A stretch of 63,986 bases of DNA, filler included, from Barthelona sp. PAP020 (lineage: Eukaryota), in NCBI GenBank assembly GCA_040182905.1. It is 5 parts of 5 records of this genome, joined end to end, with 100 filler letters (N's around TTAATTAATTAA, not from the genome) between each part and the next. Parts side by side here need not be neighbours in the genome. Positions count along the whole stretch, not along the records: positions 41,254 to 54,891 come from JARQWU010000320.1; positions 54,992 to 63,986 come from JARQWU010000434.1; 3 more parts are not named here. One strand, given 5' to 3'. The notes under the pieces are model-generated. The model was not told the DNA's origin. It saw nothing but the letters and a program-made list of their open reading frames with translations, and made no database searches. The position numbers were made by a program, and so were the translations under genes. Positions 52,554-63,295 of this stretch are shown piece by piece; the first letter of the stretch is position 1, and each line of letters starts with the position of its first letter.

Positions 52554-54122
52554 ATGACAGACGAAAATTCACAATCATTTATTAGTATTGAACAATATCA
52601 AATGTTGCAAAATGAAAATTCTTTGAAAACCCGACAAATTCATTTGTTAGAAACGAGAATTGCTGACTTAAACAAGAAAATTGAACAAAAAGAACAAATT
52701 ATTAATGATCAAGAGACAAGAATTCATTTGTTAGAGATGAATTTTGCTGATTTATCTCAATCAATTGTTTCTCCAATAACTCCTTTGGATAAAGTAACAA
52801 CCGATCATGTTAATACGATGAATACTTCTACATATTCATCAACCTCTAATTTGATTGCAAATCGACACAGAAATCCAACTGGATATTTGACAGTTAAGAG
52901 TCCCAAAAAGACCATTTCAAAAGTGAAAAGTAAGCCAAAAATGACTGTTCAATCAAAATATATTCCCACCTCAATGAAAGAGATTTTTACTTTTGCCTTT
53001 GATTGTTGTGATATTAGTATGGATCAATTAAAAAAATTGATTAATAGGGTTGAAAAGTTTTTAAAATATATTAAGATGCAAAAAAACATAACGCCAATGA
53101 ATGAAAAAGATAAAGCGTTATATTATAAAGAGACTTTAAAGAATTATGAACATCTTGCAAAAGAGTTGAAACGATTGCAAACAATAGTGAAGTATGCAGA
53201 TGATTCAAAGTTGCAAGAAGTCTTTTCAAAATTTTGCCAATTATATTCGTTTTGCAATGTTACCGAAAGCAATCTATTATTTATTATGAGTAAAATAGCG
53301 CATGTTAAGAAACCTAAAGATTTTGAAGAAAAAATTGAAGAAATTAAGAATTCTAATGACTACAAGTTAAAAATTACAACAATGAAAAACAAGCTGCCTA
53401 ATCTTTCTCATCACGAAAGAGAACAGCTTCTATTGGAGCAAAAAGGAGTTAATGACTATTTAAGAATAGGATACAATGAAATATTAGATGATTTAGAAAT
53501 TGATTTGGAGGTTAAGCTTAAGAATCAAGATTTTACACAATTGGTTCCTCATAAGATCCATAGAAATATTAATAAAGTGAGTGAATTAGATGAAATGTTG
53601 GACGTTATTGAAAGAGATGAAATACCCCGTTTAGACACCTTGAGTAATTCGGAAATAATGACCAGAGATGATTTGGATCTTGCCCTAGATTTAGCTCTTT
53701 CTCAAACCAAATCTGCACATTCTAGTCCAAGAGACGTTGATGACTTCAAAGTTTTTGACAGGAATAATAAATCCAAAGCAAACAGTGAATCAGTTGATAA
53801 AATTTTTCATTTAGTTGAGACTAAGAACAATGAAGATAGCATTGACAAAGTCGTAAAGGATGAAAATGTAGACGTGTTGGGAAACAAAGAAGAAAAAGAA
53901 GTGGAAGAAGCAATTTTACAAATTCAATTGGATGATGAAAATAATAGCGACATATTATCACAATCAAATGTTGAAACAACTACATCTTATTCAGCAAAAA
54001 CAGAAAATTTATCTAAAAATGAAAATAAGGACACTAAAAATACAAATAGTTCCTCCAAAAAAGATAATAGCGATTTAACTGAAGTGTTTAACAATCCTCT
54101 ACGTCGAAAAATTCGTCATTAG
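52554..54122 (+). CDS. Coiled-coil protein of unknown function
   Basis: Long ORF; N-terminal heptads with repeated TRQIHLLE/TRIHLLE; first ATG at 52554. Confidence 0.6.
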   Translation: MTDENSQSFISIEQYQMLQNENSLKTRQIHLLETRIADLNKKIEQKEQIINDQETRIHLLEMNFADLSQSIVSPITPLDKVTTDHVNTMNTSTYSSTSNLIANRHRNPTGYLTVKSPKKTISKVKSKPKMTVQSKYIPTSMKEIFTFAFDCCDISMDQLKKLINRVEKFLKYIKMQKNITPMNEKDKALYYKETLKNYEHLAKELKRLQTIVKYADDSKLQEVFSKFCQLYSFCNVTESNLLFIMSKIAHVKKPKDFEEKIEEIKNSNDYKLKITTMKNKLPNLSHHEREQLLLEQKGVNDYLRIGYNEILDDLEIDLEVKLKNQDFTQLVPHKIHRNINKVSELDEMLDVIERDEIPRLDTLSNSEIMTRDDLDLALDLALSQTKSAHSSPRDVDDFKVFDRNNKSKANSESVDKIFHLVETKNNEDSIDKVVKDENVDVLGNKEEKEVEEAILQIQLDDENNSDILSQSNVETTTSYSAKTENLSKNENKDTKNTNSSSKKDNSDLTEVFNNPLRRKIRH

Positions 54123-54543
54123 ATGTGTATTCAATTGATATTTTTTAATTACACATTTATCTTTTGATATTTATAGCCATGTAAATTGAATATATATGTA
54201 TTTTATTTGTTTGTTCATAGATTATTAATATTATTATTCTCTTTTTTTTTTTTTTTGGAGAATTTGACAAGAATTTTCAATTAAAAATCTATCTTTTCGA
54301 TAATCAGTAAGTTAAACAAATTATTCAAGCTTATTTAATCCATAATTCCTTCTTAAAATCTGTAACAAAAATCTCAAAATAAACATGAACATTAAATCAT
54401 ATTGATTGTTTATAATTAATTGATTTTTCATTCAAGCTTGCCAAAATGAACTTTGTAAAAATTTACAGAACATTAAAGAAAAACAAAAAACAATTTGCCT
54501 GCATTTTGAATGAAGAAACAACCTTTAAAATATACCATCAGTA

Positions 54544-54891
54544 ATGAAAGGAAATATTACTCCTGAATTTGAAATAGAATTAATGCATTACCATCAATAT
54601 ATTCAAACAAAAAATGCACCAATTGTTGATCAAAATCAAATATGGACAAAGAATGGTGTCAAAGAATACATGCAAAAAGGCAAAAGAAGTTTGGTACTAA
54701 TAATGGGAATAATTAATTTGAGCAATGTAGAAATTATTGTCAAAGAACTAAAAGTGATTATTGACAATAAAGAATCAATAAAAACGTTTAACGAACAAAA
54801 AATAAAGCCAAAAGAGAATTTTACATATGGAAAAAAACTGTATCAAAGAACATTTGATGAAGTAAATGAAAATGACTATGAATATGAATGG
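54544..54891 (+). CDS. Hypothetical protein, 3'-truncated by the contig edge
   Basis: ATG-initiated ORF open to the spacer. Confidence 0.5.
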
Positions 54892-54991
54892 NNNNNNNNN
54901 NNNNNNNNNNNNNNNNNNNNNNNNNNNNNNNNNNNTTAATTAATTAANNNNNNNNNNNNNNNNNNNNNNNNNNNNNNNNNNNNNNNNNNNN
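54892..54991. other. Artificial contig spacer
   Basis: N44-TTAATTAATTAA-N44. Confidence 0.98.
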
Positions 54992-55414
54992 TTATAAAAT
55001 TTTTAGCTAATTTAGCTATTCTTGGTCTAGCTTCTCTAGTATTTAAACAAAAATATGTGCCTCTTTCAATTAATTGTTTTTTTAATAAATCAAAATCATG
55101 TCCAACCTCCCCAGAAACATGCATAACAAAACATATAAACAATTCTGTACCTGAATGTAGACTAAAATTATTACCAATTGCACTTATTTGAACTGAATCT
55201 AATCTGTTCATGACATTATCTAATTGTACATTTAATTCATGAAAAGTTGTTGCAGATGAGTGTTTAATAAATTCAGTCATAGCCTCTACTGCAGCTGTCG
55301 CACAAGCTATTCTGGGGTCTTTAAGTTTTTCAATAAAATTCGATATTACTATATTGTTAACTAAATTGTATACCAAAAAATACTATTTTCAACAATAACA
55401 TTATCGTTTTGCAT
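54992..55414 (-). CDS. EIF2B1: eIF2B alpha subunit, N-terminal part (exon 1 55414-55384; truncated at the contig edge)
   Basis: DPRIACATAAVEAM, SATTFHEL, SLHSGTELF..FV, DFDLLKKQLIERG..F, RPRIAKLAKNFI. Confidence 0.85.
55349..55383 (-). other. Spliceosomal intron, 35 nt, phase 1
   Basis: GTATTT...GTTAACAATATAG; splicing links ATG 55414 (MQNDNVIVENI) in frame with ISNFIEKLKD. Confidence 0.7.
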
Positions 55415-55543
55415 TTAAAATACTGCTTTAATGGTCAATATACAAAACAAAAACAAATAAACACAAAATAAAAATTATAAAAAATAAACGCTTGTTTACA
55501 AATTTGTGTGGACTAATAAATGTGTTTCTACTTTAAAATAAAA

Positions 55544-57973
55544 CTATAAAAATTCGAAATCTGTCATCGACAATTTGGTTTTATGTAGAAAATCATCATC
55601 TTCTTCATCAGAAGAAGATTTTTGATGATTAAGTGAAGAAAAATGTTCTTCAATAATATCAGAAAGATATGATTCCTCTTTTGAAGAATTACTATCACTT
55701 AAATCATCATAACTTGTTATTGTTGATTGTTCGTCATCACCATAAAGGGGTGTCACAGTATTGGCAATAACATATGAATTGGTTCTTTGAACTTGAACGT
55801 TCATTTCATCTGAGGGATCCAAGTTAAAGGGAGTTTCAGAACTACTGTAAATAGGGCTGGAATAATTATTTTCCACAAGAGTTTCCAAGGATTGTTCCCT
55901 TTCTTCAACAATAGATTCCAAATGTAATACGGGATTTGTGTTTTCTTTGACAGTTTCACTCTTTTTTTCTTCTTCATGATCAATCAGCTTATCTTTTAAC
56001 AACAATTCAACAATTGACTTGCGTCTTTGGTTTCTCTTTTTAGCAATGGAATCAGAAATTTCATTGGTTTTTGCTTCAGATAAAATTTGTTCTGAATCAA
56101 TGTCTTCAAACGAAGTTGTGTCTAAAAGATCACGAACAGAATCCAATTGGCTGCGTAACCTTTTTGAAGAAGCATTTCTTGCCGATTTTGGTGATGGTAT
56201 ACTGGTATCAATCGAAAATGCAGACATTGATGACCGATCAAAATTAATTGCTTCAATTGGAGTTGAAAATGATGAAATATGTTCATTGTTTTTTGGAATC
56301 TTTCCAGATTTTCGCGAAGTTTCGACCAACGAACCCCTCAAATCATCGTTTCGCCTTTTTAATTTTTCAATTGTTTTCTTTAAAGTTTCGTTATCCTTTG
56401 TTTTCAAATTAACCATGTCGATTGCATTTTTCAATTCTTTTTGAAGCAAAACCTCTGCGTCTGATGTTCTTTGTTGTTGTTTTTTAAATGTTTCCCTTTC
56501 ATCAAGTAATAGTTGTATTTGCTTTTTAAGTTCTTCAACAGTTAATTTTTGTTGCATGAAGGACTCTTTTTCATGATGTGACAATTGAACTTGATCTTGA
56601 AGTTCCTTGATAGTTGTTTCTTGTTGTTCAATAATGAATTTCAACTGAGTATTCTCCTTAGTCAACTCTTTTTTATCATTATCAACATCTTTAAAAAGAG
56701 ATTCGATTGTATTGAACTTGTTCTTCCAAAGTTTAGCATCTTCCTTCATTAATGCAATGGAAGCATCTTCTGCTTGCATTTCAAAATCTTGCGATACATT
56801 AATTTTATGCATTTCTTTCAATTCATCACTGAATTTTCTGGTTTGAATTTCCAAATGGGTAATGCGATCTCTTTTGATAAGGTTTTCTTTTGTGAGCAAT
56901 TCAATTGTATTTTGAAGTTCTTCAACACGATTTTGACTTTTTTGTTGTTCAAAAACACTTTCTTTGAATTTTTTTGATGTCTGAGAGAGTTCTTGATGCA
57001 AATCATCAAGTTCATCCTTTTTGAGTCTTACCACTTCTTTTAATCGATAAATTTCATTTTCATATGTTTGTTCATTTTCTTTTAAACGATCTATTTCTTC
57101 TTGAAAATAATTTGAATTTTCCAAAACAAAAATTTGTTCTTCTTTTGCCAATAGTTCATTTTCTAATTCAACTACTCGTACATCAAAAACGCTTGATGGA
57201 ATAAAGTGCAGAGGAATCTGAAAATCAGGAAAACTTTCAAAAAATTGAGTTAAAAATTGATCAGCATCCGAAATGTTGCCCTTCGTCATATCAATAGAAT
57301 ATTGAAGACACATGTCATTACATCTTTCAAGCATCAATAATGAATTTCCCAATCTTTGTCGCAAATCCTCAATGACAGAGGTTCGTTGACTATTCTTCAT
57401 CGCTTCAAGTTCATCCTGCAACACAATATTTTCCGCTGTGATTTTTTTCAGATTATCTTTCAAACGTCGAATCAAGCTTTTATCCCTTCCAATAGATGAT
57501 TGTGAACCATCAATAGTCAATCTATAATTATATAATCGTTCAATTTCCAAATCTTTTTTGTTTGCCTCACTTTCTAATTTTCTAATCACAATGTCTTTTT
57601 TCTTTATCGAAGATGACAATTCTCCAAGTTGTACCTTAAGTTTTTGAATTTGTTCATACATATCTTCAGGATCTGGCAAAGTAGTAGGTAATTTACGTCG
57701 AGTTTTTTGAATTCTGTCTTGATTTAACACAATATCGTACGGGTTAGGAATTCTTACAGAATTAATACCATTTTTTAAATTTGACGATCTATCAGGAGAT
57801 CTTCTATTTGAATAGCGAACAGTATTAGGCCTTTCTATAAAATCATCGGAAAGATATCTTTTTGTTTTATTACTATCAATTCTGGCAGATCGAATAGTTC
57901 GAGATGGTATAATTTCTTCGGTCTGAAGGTTTAATTTTGGTGTGTGATAATGTTTTTGAGATATATTTTTCAT
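55544..57973 (-). CDS. Long coiled-coil protein, IQCE-like N-terminal motif
   Basis: PEDMYEQIQKLK motif, then extensive heptads; S/D/E-rich tail. Confidence 0.5.
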   Translation of the reverse strand: MKNISQKHYHTPKLNLQTEEIIPSRTIRSARIDSNKTKRYLSDDFIERPNTVRYSNRRSPDRSSNLKNGINSVRIPNPYDIVLNQDRIQKTRRKLPTTLPDPEDMYEQIQKLKVQLGELSSSIKKKDIVIRKLESEANKKDLEIERLYNYRLTIDGSQSSIGRDKSLIRRLKDNLKKITAENIVLQDELEAMKNSQRTSVIEDLRQRLGNSLLMLERCNDMCLQYSIDMTKGNISDADQFLTQFFESFPDFQIPLHFIPSSVFDVRVVELENELLAKEEQIFVLENSNYFQEEIDRLKENEQTYENEIYRLKEVVRLKKDELDDLHQELSQTSKKFKESVFEQQKSQNRVEELQNTIELLTKENLIKRDRITHLEIQTRKFSDELKEMHKINVSQDFEMQAEDASIALMKEDAKLWKNKFNTIESLFKDVDNDKKELTKENTQLKFIIEQQETTIKELQDQVQLSHHEKESFMQQKLTVEELKKQIQLLLDERETFKKQQQRTSDAEVLLQKELKNAIDMVNLKTKDNETLKKTIEKLKRRNDDLRGSLVETSRKSGKIPKNNEHISSFSTPIEAINFDRSSMSAFSIDTSIPSPKSARNASSKRLRSQLDSVRDLLDTTSFEDIDSEQILSEAKTNEISDSIAKKRNQRRKSIVELLLKDKLIDHEEEKKSETVKENTNPVLHLESIVEEREQSLETLVENNYSSPIYSSSETPFNLDPSDEMNVQVQRTNSYVIANTVTPLYGDDEQSTITSYDDLSDSNSSKEESYLSDIIEEHFSSLNHQKSSSDEEDDDFLHKTKLSMTDFEFL

Positions 57974-58229
57974 TTTTTCTATATCATTTTTGATTTGATG
58001 TCGTTATTTAAGTGTGCGTAAAAATTTCTGCAAATTGAAAAAAAAAAAATGGTTGTTGGTGTTGACTGTCAATGCAGAAAAGTTTGCCTAAATAAAAGAT
58101 TCAATTTATCAATTTATTAGAACTTGTTATTTTGTTGCAGTTGCATTTTTGAAAAAATGAAGGTTAACTTTTGAAAAACAAAAATAAAAAAACGAACAAA
58201 ATAAACAAATTGTCAACAATTGCTTTACA

Positions 58230-58829
58230 TCAGTTTAATTCTTCAATGTCAGATTCTGATTCTCCCTCTGAATATACTTCTTCTAAAAGTGGTTCCCTTT
58301 GAGTTGGGTTTTCTTGTTCCACTTGAGGTTCTCTTTGCCATTGTGAAGTGCCAATTGGAGTAACATTCAAAATTTCAAAATATGTTACTGTGCCATATCC
58401 TCTATTTGAATGTACAATCATAATTATATCTTGCCTGCTAAGTTCATGATTGAATAAGATATCATTCAAACTTATGTTTCCAATGTTTGGAATTGAAAAC
58501 AATTTGCCAGACTTTCTTTGTAAAAATACAGAAATAATTATGTTTCTTGAAACTAAATCCCTTAAAGTTATGGTGCCTGGAACATCTATAATATTGTCTT
58601 TGTTTGTTTTGTAGATTATTGTTTTGCTGACATTATTCAATTTTGTTACCACTGAACATTTAACACGAAAAGTGTTTAAAATTTGATCAACATGTTGATA
58701 AGTAGACTGGACTTTCGTCAAAAGGCGTTTCGAAAAAGGACTTTTGTTTTTGTTTGCTTGCTTTGGTTTTTGTTTTTCTTTTAATTCGGTTATATCATCA
58801 AAATTAATGTCATCTTTTGGAAGATTCAT
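58230..58829 (-). CDS. Hypothetical protein
   Basis: 199-codon ORF from ATG 58829 with an acidic C-terminus. Confidence 0.55.
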   Translation of the reverse strand: MNLPKDDINFDDITELKEKQKPKQANKNKSPFSKRLLTKVQSTYQHVDQILNTFRVKCSVVTKLNNVSKTIIYKTNKDNIIDVPGTITLRDLVSRNIIISVFLQRKSGKLFSIPNIGNISLNDILFNHELSRQDIIMIVHSNRGYGTVTYFEILNVTPIGTSQWQREPQVEQENPTQREPLLEEVYSEGESESDIEELN

Positions 58830-59937
58830 GTTTGTAAATGTTTCATATTTGATTGAAAAAAAAAAATACAATTTGTGAAACGAGGGGGTTTTTTCTTGCA
58901 GAAAACCAACTCTTAAAGGGATTAACCTTGGGTTGATTCCGATTAGTGGTCAAGTTAAATTTATGGAAAAAATTTAAAAAAATATTTACTTCTTTATTCT
59001 GAAGCCACCCAGCCATACTCTTGCAATACCCTAAGTAAGTTGTGCTGAGACATCGGTGCTCCCAAGCGTTTCGCTGAATAAGAAGCTAGGCAGTCAAATT
59101 ACTGGGTAACTGCCGTTCTCTTTTTTTTATTTTATTTTGAGAGCCGTTGAGGTTCATTTACATCTAGTCGTTTCTTTCATGGGTTGATTCTTTTCTCCCA
59201 AACCATAGAGTTGTAAAGTTCGTGTTTTACAATTGCAAGAAAAATATTAATATTCTTCTTTCTTCTTCCTTTGCACAAACATTTCTAAATTTAATGTTGG
59301 TGTATCAAACTTTGACAAACAATAAACCTTCATCTTTATTCTTTTTGAGTATTCTGGGTTTATCTCCAATTTTTGAAATTTTTGTTCTTAAGCCGTTCAG
59401 AGCATTACCAATAGTTCAAAAAAGCGCGGATGTTCCAACCTAGCTAAAATTAATCCAAATTATTCAAAAAAAAATTGTTTTTCTTTTAAAGGTTAATTTG
59501 GAGATAAATTTTGGATAATTTAAATAAGTTGAGAAAAAAAGGAGCAAGGGAAGGTCTTTATAAAGTAAAAAACAAGTGTTTTGAACACAACCCTCATTTT
59601 TTGATTCATGACAAATTTCAATTTGTTGAATTTTGAACGTTTGAAACATCTAAATAAATTAAAACAATATTGGAAAATAATTCAATCTGAATCACACAAT
59701 TGATTAGTTGACCATCAAAATATATATCCGCTGAAAAAATAAAATAGCCCTTTTATTATCTATACTATGTAAAAACTCAAAAATTAATGACCAACTGTTA
59801 ATTTGCGGAATATTTCCAGGGGAAAAATACTTGACTCTTCTAAATATGTCCCCTATCTCCCATTGGAGAAATTTCAAGTAAAACATTATTTTTAATTCTT
59901 TTTAATTTATAATCATTAAACATTAACAAAAGCAATT

Positions 59938-62199
59938 ATGGGTTGTTTTGGATCGAGAATTATTCAAAAAGTTAATCCATATGAATTTGCATCAAATATT
60001 ATTAATCCTTTATTTGATTTGAGGTCATCGATTAAAACTTCCTTAGATGAAGAATTTGAATACATTGATGTTATTTCATTAAGAGAAAGATATACGAAAA
60101 CCAATGATATTTATTTGATTCGGTCTGGTTCGATAGAATTTTCTAAATGTTTTATATCACATATTGTAAAACTATTTACAAAAGAAAGTGGTGCTTTTTT
60201 TGGAAGGATTACGAATAATGATAACGCTGGTACCTTCTATTTTGAAACTGACAATGATGCTACCGTTTATATATTACCTCTTCAGAAATTGGAGGCAATG
60301 ATCAAACCTGTTTGGAGTGATTTTCCTGGGTGGGAAATTTTTTTTCAAACTATTGGAGATCTTGCTGGTTTAGCGAACAGTTTTATCATTGGACCTGGTG
60401 ATGCCTACGATGAGTTAATTATGCATTTTTCAAAGATTTGTTTCGATCAAAACGAAGAAATTGTTCCTTTTCCTTATTTAATTCCACAAGACCTTCAGTT
60501 TACCCTTTTAAAGGCTAGAAAGCATTTAGATTTACCATGGGAGGCGGAATCCCCTCGTACATTGTGTTTTATTTGTAAGTTACAGGCAAATTATCCATTG
60601 ATGCTGCGAGAATTTTTTCGATGCATATTTATACGGGTTTTTGCTGAGTATTTGCAAAAGATGTGTGGTACCACATCAAAACAGTTACGTTATTATGAAA
60701 ATAGAGATACATGTGGTAATTTTTTCTTGAAAAAGGTAAAAAATACTAAAAAGTATGATGCTGAAATGTTTACAAGCAGAATACTATCAGATTATTTGGA
60801 TGTTCAATTGAGTGAAAATCAATGTGAATATTGTAGTAATTTGACAACAAATGTGATTAAAGACGCAATGTTACGACGTCCTGTTAGGCAAGTTGAAAAA
60901 TTACCGGAGTTTTTAGATTTTACGTTGAATATTTTGGAAAAAAAGAAAGATGATGGTGAAGTAAAGAAAGGAAAGGAAGGAACAACTATTAATCGTGATT
61001 CTTTCAGTTTTTCAAAACCGGCACTGAAATCCTCTCATTTTTCTACGAAAGTCAAGCTGTTTCAGCCGTCAGAAGAAGAAATGATGGTTTTATTGAGCAA
61101 GGAACGTTTATTCAACAATAATAAGCGGGAAATAAAAAATTTCATCAAAAAATTCAAAAGCGCTGGAACTTTGGGAGATTTTGATTTCAATGTGTTGGTA
61201 TTTGATGATTTAAAAGACATTACAGCATTCATATACATAGTGTTTGTGATGCTAAATTTAGATGAAATTTTTACCTTATCACACAACAGAGTAATTGATT
61301 TCATCTTAACTGTAGCATTTAGTTACTATACTTCTAATCCATATCATTCTTTGCAACACGTTGCTGATTTGGTTGCAATGCTGGTATGTATTGTTGTTGT
61401 TAATGATTTGTACAAATATTTTCATCCAATTGATATTTTAGGGCTTTTAATTGCAATCATTGGACATGATTGCGGTCATTCGGGCTTAACAAACGTTGTC
61501 ATTGAACGATTGAACAATTTACCCAAAGAATCTCTTGAAAATTTACCATCATTGATGGAAATGATGTCTGCCAACTTAACATTGACAATAGTTGAAAGAT
61601 CTAAGTTGTTTCAGCATTTAAACAGTGAAGTGCGATCCAATTTGGAAGGAATAATTACTGAATGTATTATGGCAACATCTTTGGCGGATCATTCTAAATA
61701 TATGGAAAGGATGAAGAATCTCCCCCCTGTAGACACGTTAAGTGTCGCATGGGATAAAGTCACTGATGAAATTCTTGAAATTAGACATACTTATCTTATT
61801 TTGTTCATAAAGTTTTTGGATATCGGAAATCCATTGAAAAAGTTTGACTTGGCTGTCAAATGGGCATCTAAATTCTATCAAGAAAATTATCTAATTGAAC
61901 AAGATGAGACATTACCCACAATAAATCCTTTAGATTATTCAAGGGCAGGGTTGTGTCAACATCAAATAAATTTTATTTCTTTCTTGGTCAAACCACAGTT
62001 GTTAATTTTGCAAAAATTATTTCCTTCTTTGTGGCCTTTTGCTGAAAGAATGCAAAATAATGTCAGAAATTATAAATATGTATTGACCAGATTAGAATTC
62101 GATTTGGGTTCTGATTCTGATTCTGATGAAGAATTTGAAAAAGATATTTTGAATAATATTCGTCCTTTAAGTGCTTTAAGTTTACCTGCTGCAACATAG
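59938..62199 (+). CDS. Class I cyclic-nucleotide phosphodiesterase with N-terminal acylation motif and cNMP-binding-like segment
   Basis: MGCFGS start; NPYHSLQHVAD, HDCGHSGLTN, IMATSL, KFLDIGNPLK, QINFI; N-terminal IYLIRSGSIEF...SGAFFG. Confidence 0.85.
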   Translation: MGCFGSRIIQKVNPYEFASNIINPLFDLRSSIKTSLDEEFEYIDVISLRERYTKTNDIYLIRSGSIEFSKCFISHIVKLFTKESGAFFGRITNNDNAGTFYFETDNDATVYILPLQKLEAMIKPVWSDFPGWEIFFQTIGDLAGLANSFIIGPGDAYDELIMHFSKICFDQNEEIVPFPYLIPQDLQFTLLKARKHLDLPWEAESPRTLCFICKLQANYPLMLREFFRCIFIRVFAEYLQKMCGTTSKQLRYYENRDTCGNFFLKKVKNTKKYDAEMFTSRILSDYLDVQLSENQCEYCSNLTTNVIKDAMLRRPVRQVEKLPEFLDFTLNILEKKKDDGEVKKGKEGTTINRDSFSFSKPALKSSHFSTKVKLFQPSEEEMMVLLSKERLFNNNKREIKNFIKKFKSAGTLGDFDFNVLVFDDLKDITAFIYIVFVMLNLDEIFTLSHNRVIDFILTVAFSYYTSNPYHSLQHVADLVAMLVCIVVVNDLYKYFHPIDILGLLIAIIGHDCGHSGLTNVVIERLNNLPKESLENLPSLMEMMSANLTLTIVERSKLFQHLNSEVRSNLEGIITECIMATSLADHSKYMERMKNLPPVDTLSVAWDKVTDEILEIRHTYLILFIKFLDIGNPLKKFDLAVKWASKFYQENYLIEQDETLPTINPLDYSRAGLCQHQINFISFLVKPQLLILQKLFPSLWPFAERMQNNVRNYKYVLTRLEFDLGSDSDSDEEFEKDILNNIRPLSALSLPAAT

Positions 62200-62532
62200 G
62201 GGAATATTCTCACAATTTTTTCAATTTTTTATTTTTTTTTTGAAAATTTCAACCCTTGAATTTTTGAAACAATATTTTATGATGTACAAAGCATTTGTTT
62301 CTTTTTTAAAAGTTTTTGAAGTTTTGCTTTTTTTCTGTTTAATTCATCAACGCGAATCAAAAAATGTCAAAAAAAAAAAATAAAAATAAATAAATAAATA
62401 ATTTCTTTGAGAAAGAAAATTTATTCATTTAAAACCCAAAATCAAGTCTTAATCCTAATCATTAGATGTTGGTTTTGAGATATTAAATAACAAATAAATA
62501 TTTTTATTAAAATTTTTTTTTTGTTTCATTTG

Positions 62533-63043
62533 ATTTATTTCAAACCGAGAAGTACTGTGCGTATGAGTGAATAAAACAGAATAGTGTTTACTGGGTTAAA
62601 GGCTTTCGAGGCCCAAGGCCCGATTCATCTGTCTAAAAACTTGACTTTTGTTTTTGAAAAAACACAAAGAATGTGGAAGTTCATGCTCAATGAACGGAAT
62701 TTATTGGAGATGTAAAGAGGTCATCAAATATCACTTCCTTTATTTGTTGTTTCTTGCCCACCTTTAGGTCCAATTCTTTAAGTTACTTGGGCATCTGAAT
62801 CCACGTGAGTTTTTCCCAAACCTTAAGCTAACTCGTTTCGTTGTTCACTGAATAACTCATATCTCATAAATATCTAATAAATACCAACAATGAATGTTTC
62901 TGAAATCTTCATAACTCTTTAAAATTAAATTTTCCGACTCCTCTCCTTCAATTCACTTTTACATTTTGATTTAAATTCACCAGAATGCGTTTTCTGAGTT
63001 CATACTCTTATGAACATATGTATTTATTTCACAACTGCACCAA
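62533..63043 (+). mobile_element. Rearranged, degenerate second copy of the foldback element
   Basis: 62553-62640 matches the arm start (13807-13887); 62762-62884 matches the core (14120-14243); about 62960-63043 matches the distal left arm (about 14025-14108). Confidence 0.75.
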
Positions 63044-63295
63044 AATAATCTAAAACAAAAGCAATATGAAATTGATATAACGTTTAAAAATTTAAACCTA
63101 TTTTATCATCAATATGGTTGCATAACAGTATCCCAGAACAATATCTCATTAACAAAAAAATAAAAATACAAAAACAAAAAGAAGCTAATCTATTTACAAC
63201 AATCGACTATTATTGACTATTATACATACAAATGAAAAAAACAATTCTTGAAAACAATTGTCAAAAACAACATACATCCTTAAAATAAAAAGAGA

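Noticed and set aside
59010..59070. GCCATAC (5S-like), GCTGAGA (TPP-riboswitch-like) and ACCCTAA (telomerase-template-like) words
   Set aside because: The remaining consensus elements of 5S rRNA and the TPP aptamer are absent, and the template-like word is too short; kept only as an unidentified ncRNA candidate.
59222..59890. Short ORFs upstream of the PDE gene, including a minus-strand frame KLEINPEYSKRIKMK...
   Set aside because: Interrupted by stops, with no intron that restores the frame and no homology recognised.
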